DNA of 64,000 bases from positions 868,001 through 932,000 of the forward strand of contig CDRNST010000117.1 of the NCBI GenBank assembly GCA_977016875.1. Direction: 5' to 3'. Each line of letters opens with the position of its first letter. Position 1 is the first letter of the stretch. Below are positions 12,901 through 23,293 of this stretch, one piece after another. The notes below the pieces were generated by a model. That model worked only from the letters and a program-made list of their open reading frames with translations, did not search any database and was not told the origin of the DNA. The translations under genes and the position numbers were made by a program. Source of the DNA: Pavona decussata (Eukaryota).

Positions 12901-15047
12901 TCCAATGTCCACTTATGTTCAGAAAGGCACCTAGCCTTGAATTTGGGTACTTTATGTAAGACAGACCTTTTTGTCATTTTCATATGACTTCATGTTTGAC
13001 AGAATTACTTGTGTTTTTTGGTAAGAATTTAGGTTAGGGGGCACTTTGTGATGTCTATCATACAGTTCATGCATTTCATTTGTCACGCGACCCATGCGAC
13101 AAACTCTTAATATTAATACGTTTTATTTGTTGAATGAGAGGCAAGTGTACGCCGTACTCATTTTAGCAACTTACGTTTTCGTTGAGGCATTTTAGTTCAA
13201 TTCATTTGTCAATCTCGTACCCAGAGTCCTCAGGCACTTTGGCCAGCGGTTGGGCGCCAGGAGAGACTCTGGGGCAATGGAATTTTATTACCGCAGGATT
13301 TCTGCGGTAAAAAAAATGAAGCCGTTACGGATCTTATACAGAGCAGCCAATCAAAAAAATTTAAATTTTTTCGAATTCTCCATAGTCTCTCCTCGGGCTC
13401 ACCTGCTGACCAAAAAGCCTGAGGACTCTGGGTACAAGATTGTTCATTTTTTGGTGATGGAACACAACGACAGGTCAACAACGTTATTTGTGGCGTTGTG
13501 TGACAGATGACAGTCTGCACTTCTCCCCAATCGGGGGTTACTCCTCTATATAATCTTTATAGGTACGTGCGCCAGTTGGCGTGTTTTTTTAGCCGTTTTG
13601 GTCTGCAGTTGGGTATAGACCTCAACAAGTAAAAGAGCAAGGCTGATTTCACTGTTATAATTAGGGAAATATATTGATTCCACTAAATTTTCCTAAACGT
13701 GTAATAGCCCTTGCTCTTGTTTTTCTTTTTGTCACACTTACTTTAAGATGCTTTTTAAAATTACGAAACCCGACCCAGGTCTGAAAAAATGTACCGGTAA
13801 ATTTCATAGTTTTGGTCTGAAATAAGGTCAGGGTTTCTACAACGAGCCGCACATCCTCTGCCAAAAATTCGAGGTCAGTACCTCCCTGGGAACTTTCCCC
13901 GCGTTTCGGTATCTAAGGAATGACTCACCTTAACGCCAGGCAGGCTTTGGACAACAGGTAATCAATAGGAAGGATTACATAAGATGATGGAGGCAAAGGA
14001 ACCATGTAAGATATGAATACCTGCAAACAACAATGCGTAGGATGATATTATGTTACGCAGTCTTTCTGCTTGGACAGGAGCATTCGTCTTATAGCAGAGA
14101 ACAAACTTAAATGGTTCGGCGTCAACTTCAAAATATTCCAGATATTGTCATTAACTGAGCAACGGAGCATGAATTTCGCCATCCTCTGTGCTTGGTCACA
14201 CACGGGTTACTACACTTTAACACATCAACGTAAGCGAAGACACTCTTTCGGTTAATTACCCTTGTTGGTTCACAAAATCACTGATCCAATATGCGAGCCC
14301 ATATGCGAAGAAAATTTAGGGCGCCTTCCCCCCTCCCCCCCCCCCCCCCCCCTTACAAGTGGATTGCTTAGCATTTAGTTTACAAAATGTAGCTTTTGCT
14401 TACGGGACATTGTACTCCCTTCCAAGGGCTAAGGGAGCGAATACCGCAAAAAGAAAACAAGCTTTCCTAAAACTTGAGCTTTTGCAGAAAAAAAAAATTG
14501 TTCACAGCGTAACAAAGCAAAGAAATACCTTTCAACCTATTGAAAAAATTCATAGAAAGCTTTTGGTTATGAAACAAATCCTATTTGGGGGCAGAAAAAT
14601 GTCCAACCATCCCCCCTCCCCCTCCCCCTACAAAAAGCATAAATAACATGGTCTACTCCGGATAATAGCACAACGATCACCGTTACGCTTATAAAATACC
14701 CAAAATAAACTGAATAGGTTCTCCGACCAGCCAACTTTAATCATGCCAATACTAAGATATTGCGATTGAAATCGATGAAAGAAGATATCCCTGCTAATAC
14801 CCTCACAGCCGAATATAAGCTAAAATTTATCGACCTGCTGATAAAGTCTGTCTCGAAATGTGATCAAGGGAATTAAAATACAGAAAGTACTGGCTCAAAG
14901 AAGAAGACTGCAAGAACTTACCGTGAGGAAGCAAGTGTTAATGTTTGGTATACCTAGAATGATCCATGACAGAACTGAGATAAAGAGAAACACAATAAAA
15001 CGGCAAAAGACGACCACAACGAAAGACGTGATTTTCTTCCACGCCAT
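3948..15047 (-). CDS. Uncharacterised multi-pass membrane protein, 7-8 coding exons (~423 aa, or ~467 aa if both duplicated exons are used)
   Basis: Exons: 15047-14922 (ATG in GTAATGG; MAWKKITSFVVVVF...; phase 0), 14020-13929, 12598-12464, 11140-11009 and/or 9092-8961, 6601-6500, 5841-5728, 4518-3948 (stop). Each internal exon has an AG acceptor after a pyrimidine tract and a GT donor (GTAAGT, GTGAGT, GTAAGA, GTTGGT, GTATAC, GTGAAC). All join into one open frame, and each exon sits between repeat elements, apart from the duplicated pair. No family recognised. Confidence 0.62.
4579..4961. mobile_element. CCAAT-rich MITE (same family as 2705-2931)
   Basis: Termini tagagcgttttc ... gaaccgctcta with ccaat/attgg repeats. 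Confidence 0.7.
4906..5149. repeat. Direct tandem duplication of ~115 bp
   Basis: 4906-5020 and 5035-5149 are near-identical (agcacaatcc...gtgctttta). Confidence 0.9.
5231..5672. mobile_element. MITE with a nested second MITE (~5425-5580)
   Basis: Outer inverted termini tggtt.tttac...ttccggaaattccggtt / aaccgaaatttccgga...gtaaacaacca. The inner element carries ggcggccattttgg...ccaacatgg motifs and is related to 50612-50748. Confidence 0.65.
5907..6077. mobile_element. Fold-back MITE with TA ends
   Basis: Near-perfect palindrome tatagactcttatcactcg...cgagtgataagggtctata. Confidence 0.8.
6640..8420. repeat. Tandem satellite array A, ~6 units of ~300-315 bp
   Basis: The anchor motif ccaatcgaatcag (or a close variant) recurs near 6767, 7081, 7379, 7679, 7994 and 8307. 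The motifs gggacaaagaaatagccc and ccctagggacat recur in each unit. Confidence 0.92.
8427..9108. repeat. Duplicated block, copy 1 (subrepeats, hairpin and a candidate exon)
   Basis: Aligns along its length with 10490-11155. Confidence 0.9.
9110..10489. repeat. Tandem satellite array B, ~4.5 units, same family as array A
   Basis: Anchor motif near 9376, 9688, 9966 and 10439. One unit is internally deleted near 10255. Confidence 0.92.
10490..11155. repeat. Duplicated block, copy 2
   Basis: Aligns with 8427-9108. Confidence 0.9.
11915..12126. mobile_element. piggyBac-like MITE (TTAA-CCC...GGG-TTAA)
   Basis: Termini ttaacccttta / taaagggttaa. The interior matches copies at ~45680-45875 and 46134-46352. 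Confidence 0.75.
12190..12417. mobile_element. Tc1/mariner-type non-autonomous element end with internal ggtcgcttacgagag repeats
   Basis: Ends in gcttcgactgta (TA-CAGTCGAA terminus). The short motif is repeated about four times. Confidence 0.55.
13210..13442. mobile_element. MITE with ~25-bp TIRs and a probable 9-bp TSD (Mutator-like)
   Basis: TIRs caatctcgtacccagagtcctcagg / cctgaggactctgggtacaagattg. The flanks ttcatttgt and ttcattttt match at 8 of 9 positions. Confidence 0.8.
13525..13890. mobile_element. MITE with GGGGG(T)TACTCC / AGTACC termini
   Basis: Degenerate TIRs. A related element lies at ~28047-28330. Confidence 0.5.
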
Positions 15048-15611
15048 TACAATTCGAGTGTTGTGTGACAAGCGAGCTGTCTGCTTTGATACAGATATAG
15101 CAGACCAGAACTTTGTCTTCTCACGTGAATTGTTACATAATGTGACAACTGTCGAACCTTTCGAAACAATTCTCGAACACCAACCCTTTTACAAACCAGA
15201 GTCCAAAATTCTTCTTTAGTTTAATTTTTTGGCTAAATGCGTCGTTATCACGAAAGTAAATAATGGCTAGAATATCATACAACGGTTTCACATAAAAAAA
15301 ATTGTCAATTTCTATAGGGTGTCACGCAGTCTTTTCACTTGGGCAGAAGAATTCGTTTTCTCTAATATAACACCCCACCCCCAAGGCATGGGTCACATGC
15401 ACTTAGAGTTAATTCGAAAATTTTAGGACAGGTAAAATTTTTTCCCTAGTGTAATTGTAGTTTTAGGACAATTCTACGCTATTCTCTGGATCCTTTTCGC
15501 TGTTGCTACTGACGGATGCTATCTTCGTCTTGCTGTTAAAAGAAATAAAAAGATTGTTAGCGCGGAGCGTGAAGACGAATTAATCAAAGAAGGATCCAAA
15601 GACTGAATGTT

Positions 15612-16168
15612 GCGAGAAAATTCAAAGTAATCCAAGCGTATATTCCTTTAAATTCACCCGATGGCATTTTGTGGATTAAACTTTATAAAGGAACATTTGT
15701 TTTCATCAATTAGAGCCTTTTAACCTCTTCTAGAATAGTGTTAGCTTGGTCTACACTCAACAGTCGCATTCCTGCCGTGGCGAAAAAGAAGACTAGAGTC
15801 GACTTCTGTTTCTGTAAGGTACTGGGTCACCTTTGCTGAGTTCAGCAGAGGTATCAGATAATTTGAAACTGAGCTCGGGTTTCCAGCCAGATTTGCGACC
15901 CCAGGTTTGAGAGTTTATATTGGGGGAGGGGTCCAGCTGTCGAATGTCTGTCGCGTCTAGCGGGGGAGCCTTCACAATGATTTTGTAGATTACCATCTTG
16001 GTTTTGCTGGAATCGCATCGAATCAATGGCGTATCTGGTTCAATCCGAGCCCGCAGACTGCACCTGGTCTTGTAAATCAGTGCAACGGGCGTTCAAAACA
16101 TGTCAGCGGGTTTGTTGCGCTGCCATGAAGAGTAGGAGCAATTTGCATCGATTCATTGTCGTTGAAAC
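15612..16168 (-). pseudogene. NTPDase (GDA1/CD39) pseudogene, 5' half; paralog of 24161-25426
   Basis: Collinear with the intact gene from the splice acceptor (ccag|GTTTCA) onward: signal peptide, TRYAI.FDA.SSKTKMVIYKI (ACR1), FFATAGMRLL (ACR2), SGEFKGIYAWITLNFL (ACR3). Contains stops and 1-nt deletions, and no ACR4/5 was found. Confidence 0.88.
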
Positions 16169-16469
16169 CTGGTTGATGAATTCAAATCAAGACATTCAGG
16201 CCATTGTCATAAACTGTTTCATTTAATTAACCTCTGTTTCTCGATGATAAGTAAGTATGTCGGTCGGTTAGATCATTTAGATCCTGACTGATTTTAAGCG
16301 AGCCTGGATTTTACCTTCCCTGTAAGAACAATTTAGCAAGAAGCCGCACCGAGTTCACTCTAAAAGTTGTCCAAAGATATTGTTTTGCGAGCTGTTATGT
16401 CAAAGTCTGTTTAAGATGCATATGTACAAACATCCAAGGGAAAGGAGCAGAAAAATGAAGGGAGTAGGG

Positions 16470-17670
16470 CCGGAATCATCGAGTTTGGATTCGAGTTCGA
16501 GTTCGAGTTGGACTTCGAGTTGGACTTCATGAAAAATCGATAATATCGATTTGACACATGAAATCAATTTATCGATTTTCACCGATTTCCGTTATCAATC
16601 GGTAAAAATCATCCGTAAAAATCGCTTACGTCTCTTTCTACCCTTCGGGCGACGATCGTTTTCTCACGGGGGACCACCGCCGCTTGGATTATTTCAACAG
16701 ACGCGTAATAATCAGACGCTTTGTTCAATCACGTTCTTAGTTGTATCATCAAAATCAATTTGACTGGCGAGCCGCTGAACCGCTGAGCCGCTTGGATAAA
16801 ACTTGTCAGTCTATTTGACTGGCGAACCGTCGAGCTTCTCTATGTACTGAGCCCCCACAAAATGAATGTGAGTCACTCGCACGTGTTAAGTTTCGAACTG
16901 AAGTGTATGGATGAGAAAACAAACCCGCGATTACTAGCCACGCAGAAAATTCAAAATTATGAATGCACAGAAAAGACAACTAACCTCTAGGCTTTATCTT
17001 TCGGGTAATTAAAAATCTGACCTACTGTAGTTTAATACTAAGCCACTCGACCGTCTAAGCATATAAAGCTACGGACAGATAAATCCAACGACAAAACGTT
17101 GTTTGTTTATTCAGTATCTTCCAAAAAACTGTTTAGATCGATGGTGAAACGAAGACAACACTTTTATTGTATCGCCATACAACATACAAGAGAGAAAATC
17201 AATGGAACTAAAACTCACTGAAATCGCGCTCAATCGTTCCAAAAACCACATAGGAGAAAGGACAACAGACAAGGGATTTCAGGTAGGGATATTTTTATAG
17301 AAAATTCGTTGGTATTTTTAAATTGAACAGATCGAAACTGTTTTCTTTTGTTGTACACCATTTTCTTTTTCGTATAGACCATGCTTAGTATCTACATTTT
17401 TCGAAAAAAAAAATCGTATACTTGTGCCATCCTTCGTTTGGAATTGAGGAAGAAGGGGGAAGGAGGGTGGGGGGTCCGAGCCCTTACAGAGCGCGCTCTC
17501 GAAAACAACGAAGTATTTTGCTTTTTGTATTTTTATATTAGTAAAAAAAAAATGACGAAATATAGTAGTAGTATAGTAGTACAACTCCAATTCTTACTCG
17601 AACTTCAACTGGAAGTCTACCTCGAAGTCCAACTCGAACTCGAACTCGAATCCAAACTCGATGATTCGGG
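16470..17670. mobile_element. ~1.2-kb non-autonomous element with ~48-bp TIRs built from TCGAGT hexamers
   Basis: gaatcatcgagtttggattcgagttcgagttcgagttggacttcgag at ~16473 has its reverse complement at ~17621-17667. Confidence 0.7.
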
Positions 17671-18671
17671 ATTCCCAAAAATGAATTATAAACCATTTTA
17701 CTTTTTAAATTTGAAAAAAAAAAACAAACAAACAAACAAAAGAATGGACAGCCTGATGACAAAAAATGAAGAATTTTACGGGGTAAAACTTGTTTCAGCA
17801 AACTGCGCGTGTGTGAATCCCCACAGCTTTGACGCGCGTTTGCCTTTTGTAAAAGGGGAAAGTTGAACTAAAATGTGACACGCTGTAGGCCTCAATGTTA
17901 TCACCTAAGAGAACATTATAAACTGCGTTTACCAGTCATCATGACGCGATCGAGATTTTGATTGACATCCACGCCTCTTCGAATGGCTGTTCAAACATTG
18001 GTGGGAAACTTAGCAGTCGCAATCAAACTCGTAATTAGAACTACGAAAAAAGTACAATCATGTAAGTATTTGTTGATATTAATTCATTCTTTTTGCCCAT
18101 CACAGTACTGAGTACATCTGTCACAGTACTGTTTGGTTACACGTATTGTTTTCATAAAAATATAATCAATAATAAGTGTGTATGACGAATAATTGTTGGT
18201 AGGTATTAAGACGATGATTAGGTAGAGGGGCCTTAAAAGGCCCTATTTACTATGGGACTTGGACGAGGGACCTGTTAAGGCCCTATGTACTATGGGATTA
18301 GGACGAAGGACTTGTTAAGGCTCCTGCTGTCGAGAACTAAGAAGTTTCAAAGGCCTTTTCGAATTAATGGGGAAAAACATGGAACACACTCTCTTGGACA
18401 ATTAGACTAAATCAGGCCCTAAATTCAAAAGAGCTCTGATTGAGGAACTTCTTCAAATATCAATGATCTTTCCAGCTAGCAAATTTGTACATTATTTACA
18501 TGTGTTTTTTACGGTAAATTATGTCCTTACTACTAATATTAATTTAATGAAAATACAGGACTCAATTAAAACCAGTCCTGCTAAACTAGACATTTTCTGT
18601 ATAAAATGAAGATAATTACTAAACAATTAGGTAAGACGATATTGTTAAACATATCTTGAAACAAAGATTCA

Positions 18672-18830
18672 TGTAACGAGTATGGTTACATGAAGTACAA
18701 GTCTAGTTCCCGCCTTGCGTGTCACGTGACCGAGCTTGTAGGAAGCCATCTTGAAGTTTTGTTGTCGCTGTTCAACCGGAATAAATAAGTTGTGTTTTGC
18801 GGACTCTGTGTCTTTCCGCCTGTCGTTACA
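18672..18830 (+). repeat. 5' LTR
   Basis: TG...CA ends and an internal AATAAA. Identical to the 3' LTR by eye. Confidence 0.97.
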
Positions 18831-18843
18831 TGGTGTCAGAAGT
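18831..18843 (+). promoter_or_regulatory. Primer-binding site (tRNA-Leu type)
   Basis: TGGTGTCAGAAGT immediately follows the LTR and is complementary to the 3' end (ACTTCTGACACCA) of eukaryotic tRNA-Leu. Confidence 0.85.
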
Positions 18844-18953
18844 TTCCCGGATCCACACGTCACGAAAAGGAATGATTTGTGGCAGAAGCTACCGAATTTA
18901 TGCCTGAAACAAGTGTTCAAAATAGCGAAAGTCCGGCTTCAAGTTTGATAACC

Positions 18954-21900
18954 ATGGCGAATTTCCAAATACCTCCTCCTGACATACTCGAGCTAAACGA
19001 TGGTTCGACAGCGTCCAATTGGCGAACTTGGGTTTCTGCTTGGAATAATTACAGGCTGGCTACGAAGCTAGATAAAGAGGAAGAAGCACGCCAAGTAGCA
19101 ACACTTTTGGCCGTAATTGGAAAAGAAGCGAACAAGGTGTTTCGTACTTTCACGTGGGCCTCGCCAGACGACGCGAAGAAAATCGCTGCGGTTGTAAGCA
19201 AGTTCGAAGAGTATTGCATTCCCAGGGAAAACACTATTTACGAACGTTTTCTTTTCTTTACGCGGGATCAGCGGGAATCTGAAACTGTTGATCAATATTT
19301 GACGGAGCTTCGCCAAATTGCAGCAAATTGTGATTTCGAGTCAATCACACCCGATCAGCTTCTCCGGGATCGACTGGTGACAGGTACCAAAACTGCCAAG
19401 GTACGTGAAAATTTGCTCAAAGAGAAGAAATTGACTCTTGAGAAAGCTATAGATATCGCTCGTGCCGCCGAGAGTACGGCTGTTCAAATGAAAGTTATGT
19501 CTGCTGAGTCTGGATTGAGTGCTGTGAAAGAGAAAGAGAAAGAGCAGTCAGAAAATGTCCCATCTGTCAGCAGTGGCTGGATCAAGGACTGCAGATTCTG
19601 TGGTAGGAACCACGAAAGACGTAGCTGCCCTGCCTTTGGCCAGATTTGTGCATATTGTAAAAAAAGGAATCATTTTGTTGTCAAGTGCCCAGCAAAAAGC
19701 AAGGTGTCTTCTGTCCAAGAGCGATTTTATTTAAGTGCTGCAGGTGTCGGAAACGGAGGTCGTGAGATGGTTACCCTCACTGTATCAAAAGAGTCTAACC
19801 CCCTTTCAGGTCACGATGTAAGCTTCTTGATGGACACGGGGGCTGAATGCAATCTTTTGCCCTTGGATGTGTACAAGAAGGTGACTGGCGATCTGCACTT
19901 GAATTTCCTCAATGCACGCGGCAAGTCAATCCTGGTTTTAGCTAATGGAGATGAGCAACCCATCGAGGGCAAAGCCACAGTGTATGTCTCCCGCAAAGGA
20001 AACGCACACAAAATTGAAGTCAATGTAGTCAGGGGCCATGGGTATGAGCCCATACTGTCTAAGCAGACAATGCTGGAAATGAACTTGATAAAGATTCTAG
20101 ACAGTGACCGAGATCCACGCGTCAATGTACTGAAGTCCGACACAGAGCCATTGCTGGAAGAGTATGACGATGTATTTGAAGGCCTTGGAAAGTTGGACGG
20201 ACAGTACCACATTGTAACAGACGAGTCCATCAGACCTGTAGTGCATCCTCCGCGGCGTTTACCTGTTGCGATGACTGAGCGAGTTCAGCGGAAACTCGGA
20301 GAAATGGTAGCTGCTAACATAATCGAACAAGTCGACCATCCTACTGACTGGGTATCCAGTATGCTAGTGGTGACCAAGCCATCCACCGAAGCTGAGGGGG
20401 AAACCAAGTTACGCATCTGTTTGGATCCCAGGGATCTGAATCTTGCCATAAAGCGTGAACACTTCCCGATGCCGACAATTGAAGAGATTGCAACTAGGCT
20501 GAATGGGGCAAAATTGTTCAGTGTTTTTGATGCCAGTAATGGTTTCTGGCAAGTGGAACTTGACGATGAGTCTAGTAGTTTAACAACGTTTAACACCCCG
20601 TTCGGGCGCTACCGTTGGAAGCGAATGCCATTCGGCATCAATAGTGCACCTGAAGTTTGGCAGCGCAAAATGCGAGAGCACATTGAGGGGCTTAAAGGAG
20701 TAGAAGTAATTGCAGATGATTTTGTGATCGTTGGATTTGGCAACACACCTGCTGAGTGGCAGACAGACCATGACCGGAATGTGCGTGCCTTCCTAGACCG
20801 TTGCCGTGAGAGAAACCTGAAGTTGAACAAGAAGAAAGCCCGACTGAGACAGCAAGAAGTTCCCTTCATCGGACACATTCTAACCCGTGAGGGACTGAAA
20901 CCAGATCCACACAAGGTTGAGGCAATCGTGGGGATGCCAGACCCGACTGATGTCCAGTCCTTACGTAGGTTCCTGGGCATGGTGAACTACTTGGCAAAGT
21001 TCCTCCCACGTCTATCCGAAGAAACAGAAGTTTTGAGAAAACTCACTGAAAAGGATGCTGAGTGGTGTTGGCTGCAAAGTCATACTGATGCTGTGGCCCA
21101 TGTCAAGGAAATGATTGTATCTGCACCTGTACTTGCCTACTATGACGTGAATAAGCCAGTGGTCATTCAATGCGATGCTTCCCAAAGTGGACTTGGTGCA
21201 GCTCTGCTACAGGAGGAGCGCCCAGTGGCTTACAGCTCTCGTGTGATGACTCAAACGGAACAAAACTATGCGCAGATTGAAAAAGAGCTACTCGCCATAG
21301 TTTATGCTTGTGAGAAATTTGATCAGTACATTTTTGGAAGGAGCAATGTAATTGTGCAGTCAGACCACAAGCCGTTGGAAACCATATTCAAGAAGCCAAT
21401 CCACAGTTCGCCAAAACGCCTCCAACGCATGCGTCTCCGCTTACAGAACTATGACATCCAAGTGGTATACAAGAAAGGAGAGACCATGTTCTTGGCTGAC
21501 ACATTAAGTCGCGCTTACTTGGAAAAGGAACCAGTGAGTCAGACCCAGGACAGTGACGTCCGTTCTGTCAGAGAACGACTGTTCGCTTTTGAGTTAGAGC
21601 AGATTAAAAATGGTGAAGATCTAAGTGTCTCCCCCACTCGCCTGGAAGAGCTGCGCAAGGAGACTGCTCAGGATGAAGAATTACAGACCCTGTCTGATGT
21701 TATTCATGAGGGTTGGCCAGAGACCCTGTCAGAAGCTCACAAATATGACCGGCGTCGGAGGCAAGTAATTGAGCTGTATTGGAACAGCCGTGATGAGCTG
21801 ACCATAGAAGATGGATTGGTATACAAGGGTCATCGCCTTGTGATACCATTTAAAGAGCGTTCTGGTGTTGTAAAGAGCCTGCATGAATCACATATTGGAA

Positions 21901-22955
21901 TAGAAGGAACATTGCGTCGTGCCCGCGACATTGTTTACTGGCCTGGAATCACAGCCCAGCTCAAAGATCACTTGTCAAGGTGTGGAATCTGTAACCGTTA
22001 TCGGCCCGAACAATGTAAAGAGCCTTTAAAGCCTCATGATGTGCCTAATTTGCCATGGCAGAAAGTTGGTGTTGATCTTTTCGTGCTGGACGGGCAATCA
22101 TTTTTGATAGCCGTTGATTACTACTCTGGCTATTTTGAAGTGCAAGATATGAGTAGCACCACCAGCAACCGTGTTATCACCATTCTAAAGGCGTGGTTTT
22201 CCAGGCATGGTATTCCTGTGACTCTCATCAGTGACAATGGGCCCCCCTTCAACAGTGAAGATTTCCAGACCTTCAGTAAGGAATGGGATTTTCACCACGT
22301 CACATCAAGCCCTTATCACGCACAAAGTAATGGTCGTGTGGAAAATGCAGTTAAGACTTGCAAGTCATTGCTGACCAAAGCCCGAGCTGATAAGCGTGAT
22401 CCTCTGCTGGCGTTACTTGAGTGGCGCAACACACCAACTGAGGGTATGAATGCTTCTCCTGTTCAGCTACTATATGGTAGGCGAACACGCACCCGTCTCC
22501 CAGTAGCCAAGCAATTGTTAACTCCACAGGTGATAACTGATGTCCCCGAAAAGATCAAGATTAGAAAGCAGAAGCAGAAATACTACTATGATCGTCACTC
22601 ACATGAACTGCCAAAATTGCTTGACGGTGATGCCATTAGAATGCGATTGCCACGCGAGAAGGAATGGTCACTGGGGCGCGTCATTGGAGAGGAGGGGACC
22701 CGTTCCTACTTGGTTGAAGTGAACGGAAAGCATTATCGACGGAACCGCAAATGGCTCAGAGCAACACCCGAGGAGTTACCGGAGTCAGTGGAGACAAACC
22801 TCGACATGACCGATCCAATGGAACTGGTAGAGTCAAGTCCTGCTGAGCCGCCACAGGCAATGATACCATCACCAGTGGTTTCTGGGCCTCATACTGAAGG
22901 TCGTCCAGTGCGGGACCGCCGCCCCCCAGTGTGGTTAAAAGATTATGAGTGCTGA
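18954..22955 (+). CDS. Gag-Pol polyprotein (gag with two zinc knuckles, protease, RT, RNase H, integrase)
   Basis: Motifs in order: CRFCGRNHERRSC and CAYCKKRNHFVVKC; MDTGA; RT with IADD; CDAS...NYAQIEKE...SDHKPL; HHCC then VGVD/SDNG/NGRVE. The PR-RT-RH-IN order is Gypsy. The ATG at 18954 has ACCATGG context; the ATG at 18900 is an alternative start. Confidence 0.96.
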   Translation: MANFQIPPPDILELNDGSTASNWRTWVSAWNNYRLATKLDKEEEARQVATLLAVIGKEANKVFRTFTWASPDDAKKIAAVVSKFEEYCIPRENTIYERFLFFTRDQRESETVDQYLTELRQIAANCDFESITPDQLLRDRLVTGTKTAKVRENLLKEKKLTLEKAIDIARAAESTAVQMKVMSAESGLSAVKEKEKEQSENVPSVSSGWIKDCRFCGRNHERRSCPAFGQICAYCKKRNHFVVKCPAKSKVSSVQERFYLSAAGVGNGGREMVTLTVSKESNPLSGHDVSFLMDTGAECNLLPLDVYKKVTGDLHLNFLNARGKSILVLANGDEQPIEGKATVYVSRKGNAHKIEVNVVRGHGYEPILSKQTMLEMNLIKILDSDRDPRVNVLKSDTEPLLEEYDDVFEGLGKLDGQYHIVTDESIRPVVHPPRRLPVAMTERVQRKLGEMVAANIIEQVDHPTDWVSSMLVVTKPSTEAEGETKLRICLDPRDLNLAIKREHFPMPTIEEIATRLNGAKLFSVFDASNGFWQVELDDESSSLTTFNTPFGRYRWKRMPFGINSAPEVWQRKMREHIEGLKGVEVIADDFVIVGFGNTPAEWQTDHDRNVRAFLDRCRERNLKLNKKKARLRQQEVPFIGHILTREGLKPDPHKVEAIVGMPDPTDVQSLRRFLGMVNYLAKFLPRLSEETEVLRKLTEKDAEWCWLQSHTDAVAHVKEMIVSAPVLAYYDVNKPVVIQCDASQSGLGAALLQEERPVAYSSRVMTQTEQNYAQIEKELLAIVYACEKFDQYIFGRSNVIVQSDHKPLETIFKKPIHSSPKRLQRMRLRLQNYDIQVVYKKGETMFLADTLSRAYLEKEPVSQTQDSDVRSVRERLFAFELEQIKNGEDLSVSPTRLEELRKETAQDEELQTLSDVIHEGWPETLSEAHKYDRRRRQVIELYWNSRDELTIEDGLVYKGHRLVIPFKERSGVVKSLHESHIGIEGTLRRARDIVYWPGITAQLKDHLSRCGICNRYRPEQCKEPLKPHDVPNLPWQKVGVDLFVLDGQSFLIAVDYYSGYFEVQDMSSTTSNRVITILKAWFSRHGIPVTLISDNGPPFNSEDFQTFSKEWDFHHVTSSPYHAQSNGRVENAVKTCKSLLTKARADKRDPLLALLEWRNTPTEGMNASPVQLLYGRRTRTRLPVAKQLLTPQVITDVPEKIKIRKQKQKYYYDRHSHELPKLLDGDAIRMRLPREKEWSLGRVIGEEGTRSYLVEVNGKHYRRNRKWLRATPEELPESVETNLDMTDPMELVESSPAEPPQAMIPSPVVSGPHTEGRPVRDRRPPVWLKDYEC

Positions 22956-23123
22956 AATAAGACACTGACTCTGCCTTGTTGCCCCTTTTCTCAATTTGGC
23001 TTTATTATGTACTTTTGCAGGGGCGTTTTAATATAGGAGACTTTCTAAGGCAGATTTGAACATTATGTTGTTGCTTTTTATTACCATTAACGTTCTGTAT
23101 GCATAAACTAAACTATTAGACTT

Positions 23124-23134
23124 AGGAAGGGAGA
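23124..23134 (+). promoter_or_regulatory. Polypurine tract
   Basis: AGGAAGGGAGA directly before the 3' LTR. Confidence 0.9.
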
Positions 23135-23293
23135 TGTAACGAGTATGGTTACATGAAGTACAAGTCTAGTTCCCGCCTTGCGTGTCACGTGACCGAGCTT
23201 GTAGGAAGCCATCTTGAAGTTTTGTTGTCGCTGTTCAACCGGAATAAATAAGTTGTGTTTTGCGGACTCTGTGTCTTTCCGCCTGTCGTTACA
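23135..23293 (+). repeat. 3' LTR
   Basis: Identical to 18672-18830. Confidence 0.97.

Larger units (their letters stand above)
18672..23293 (+). mobile_element. Full-length Ty3/Gypsy LTR retrotransposon (Mag-like)
   Basis: Identical 159-bp LTRs (18672-18830, 23135-23293) with TGTAACGA...TCGTTACA ends. ATTCA TSD at 18667-18671 and 23294-23298. PBS, PPT and an intact gag-pol ORF are present. Confidence 0.98.

Noticed and set aside
14860-15219. 119-aa plus-strand basic ORF
   Set aside because: Antisense to the first exon of the membrane gene, which has better start and splice support.
17381-17866. 161-aa ORF with LELELE repeats
   Set aside because: Arises from the hexameric TIR and A-rich sequence, with no domain.
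19049-22965. Antisense and alternate-frame ORFs inside the Gypsy element
   Set aside because: Shadow ORFs of gag-pol. No env-like or accessory ORF is supported.
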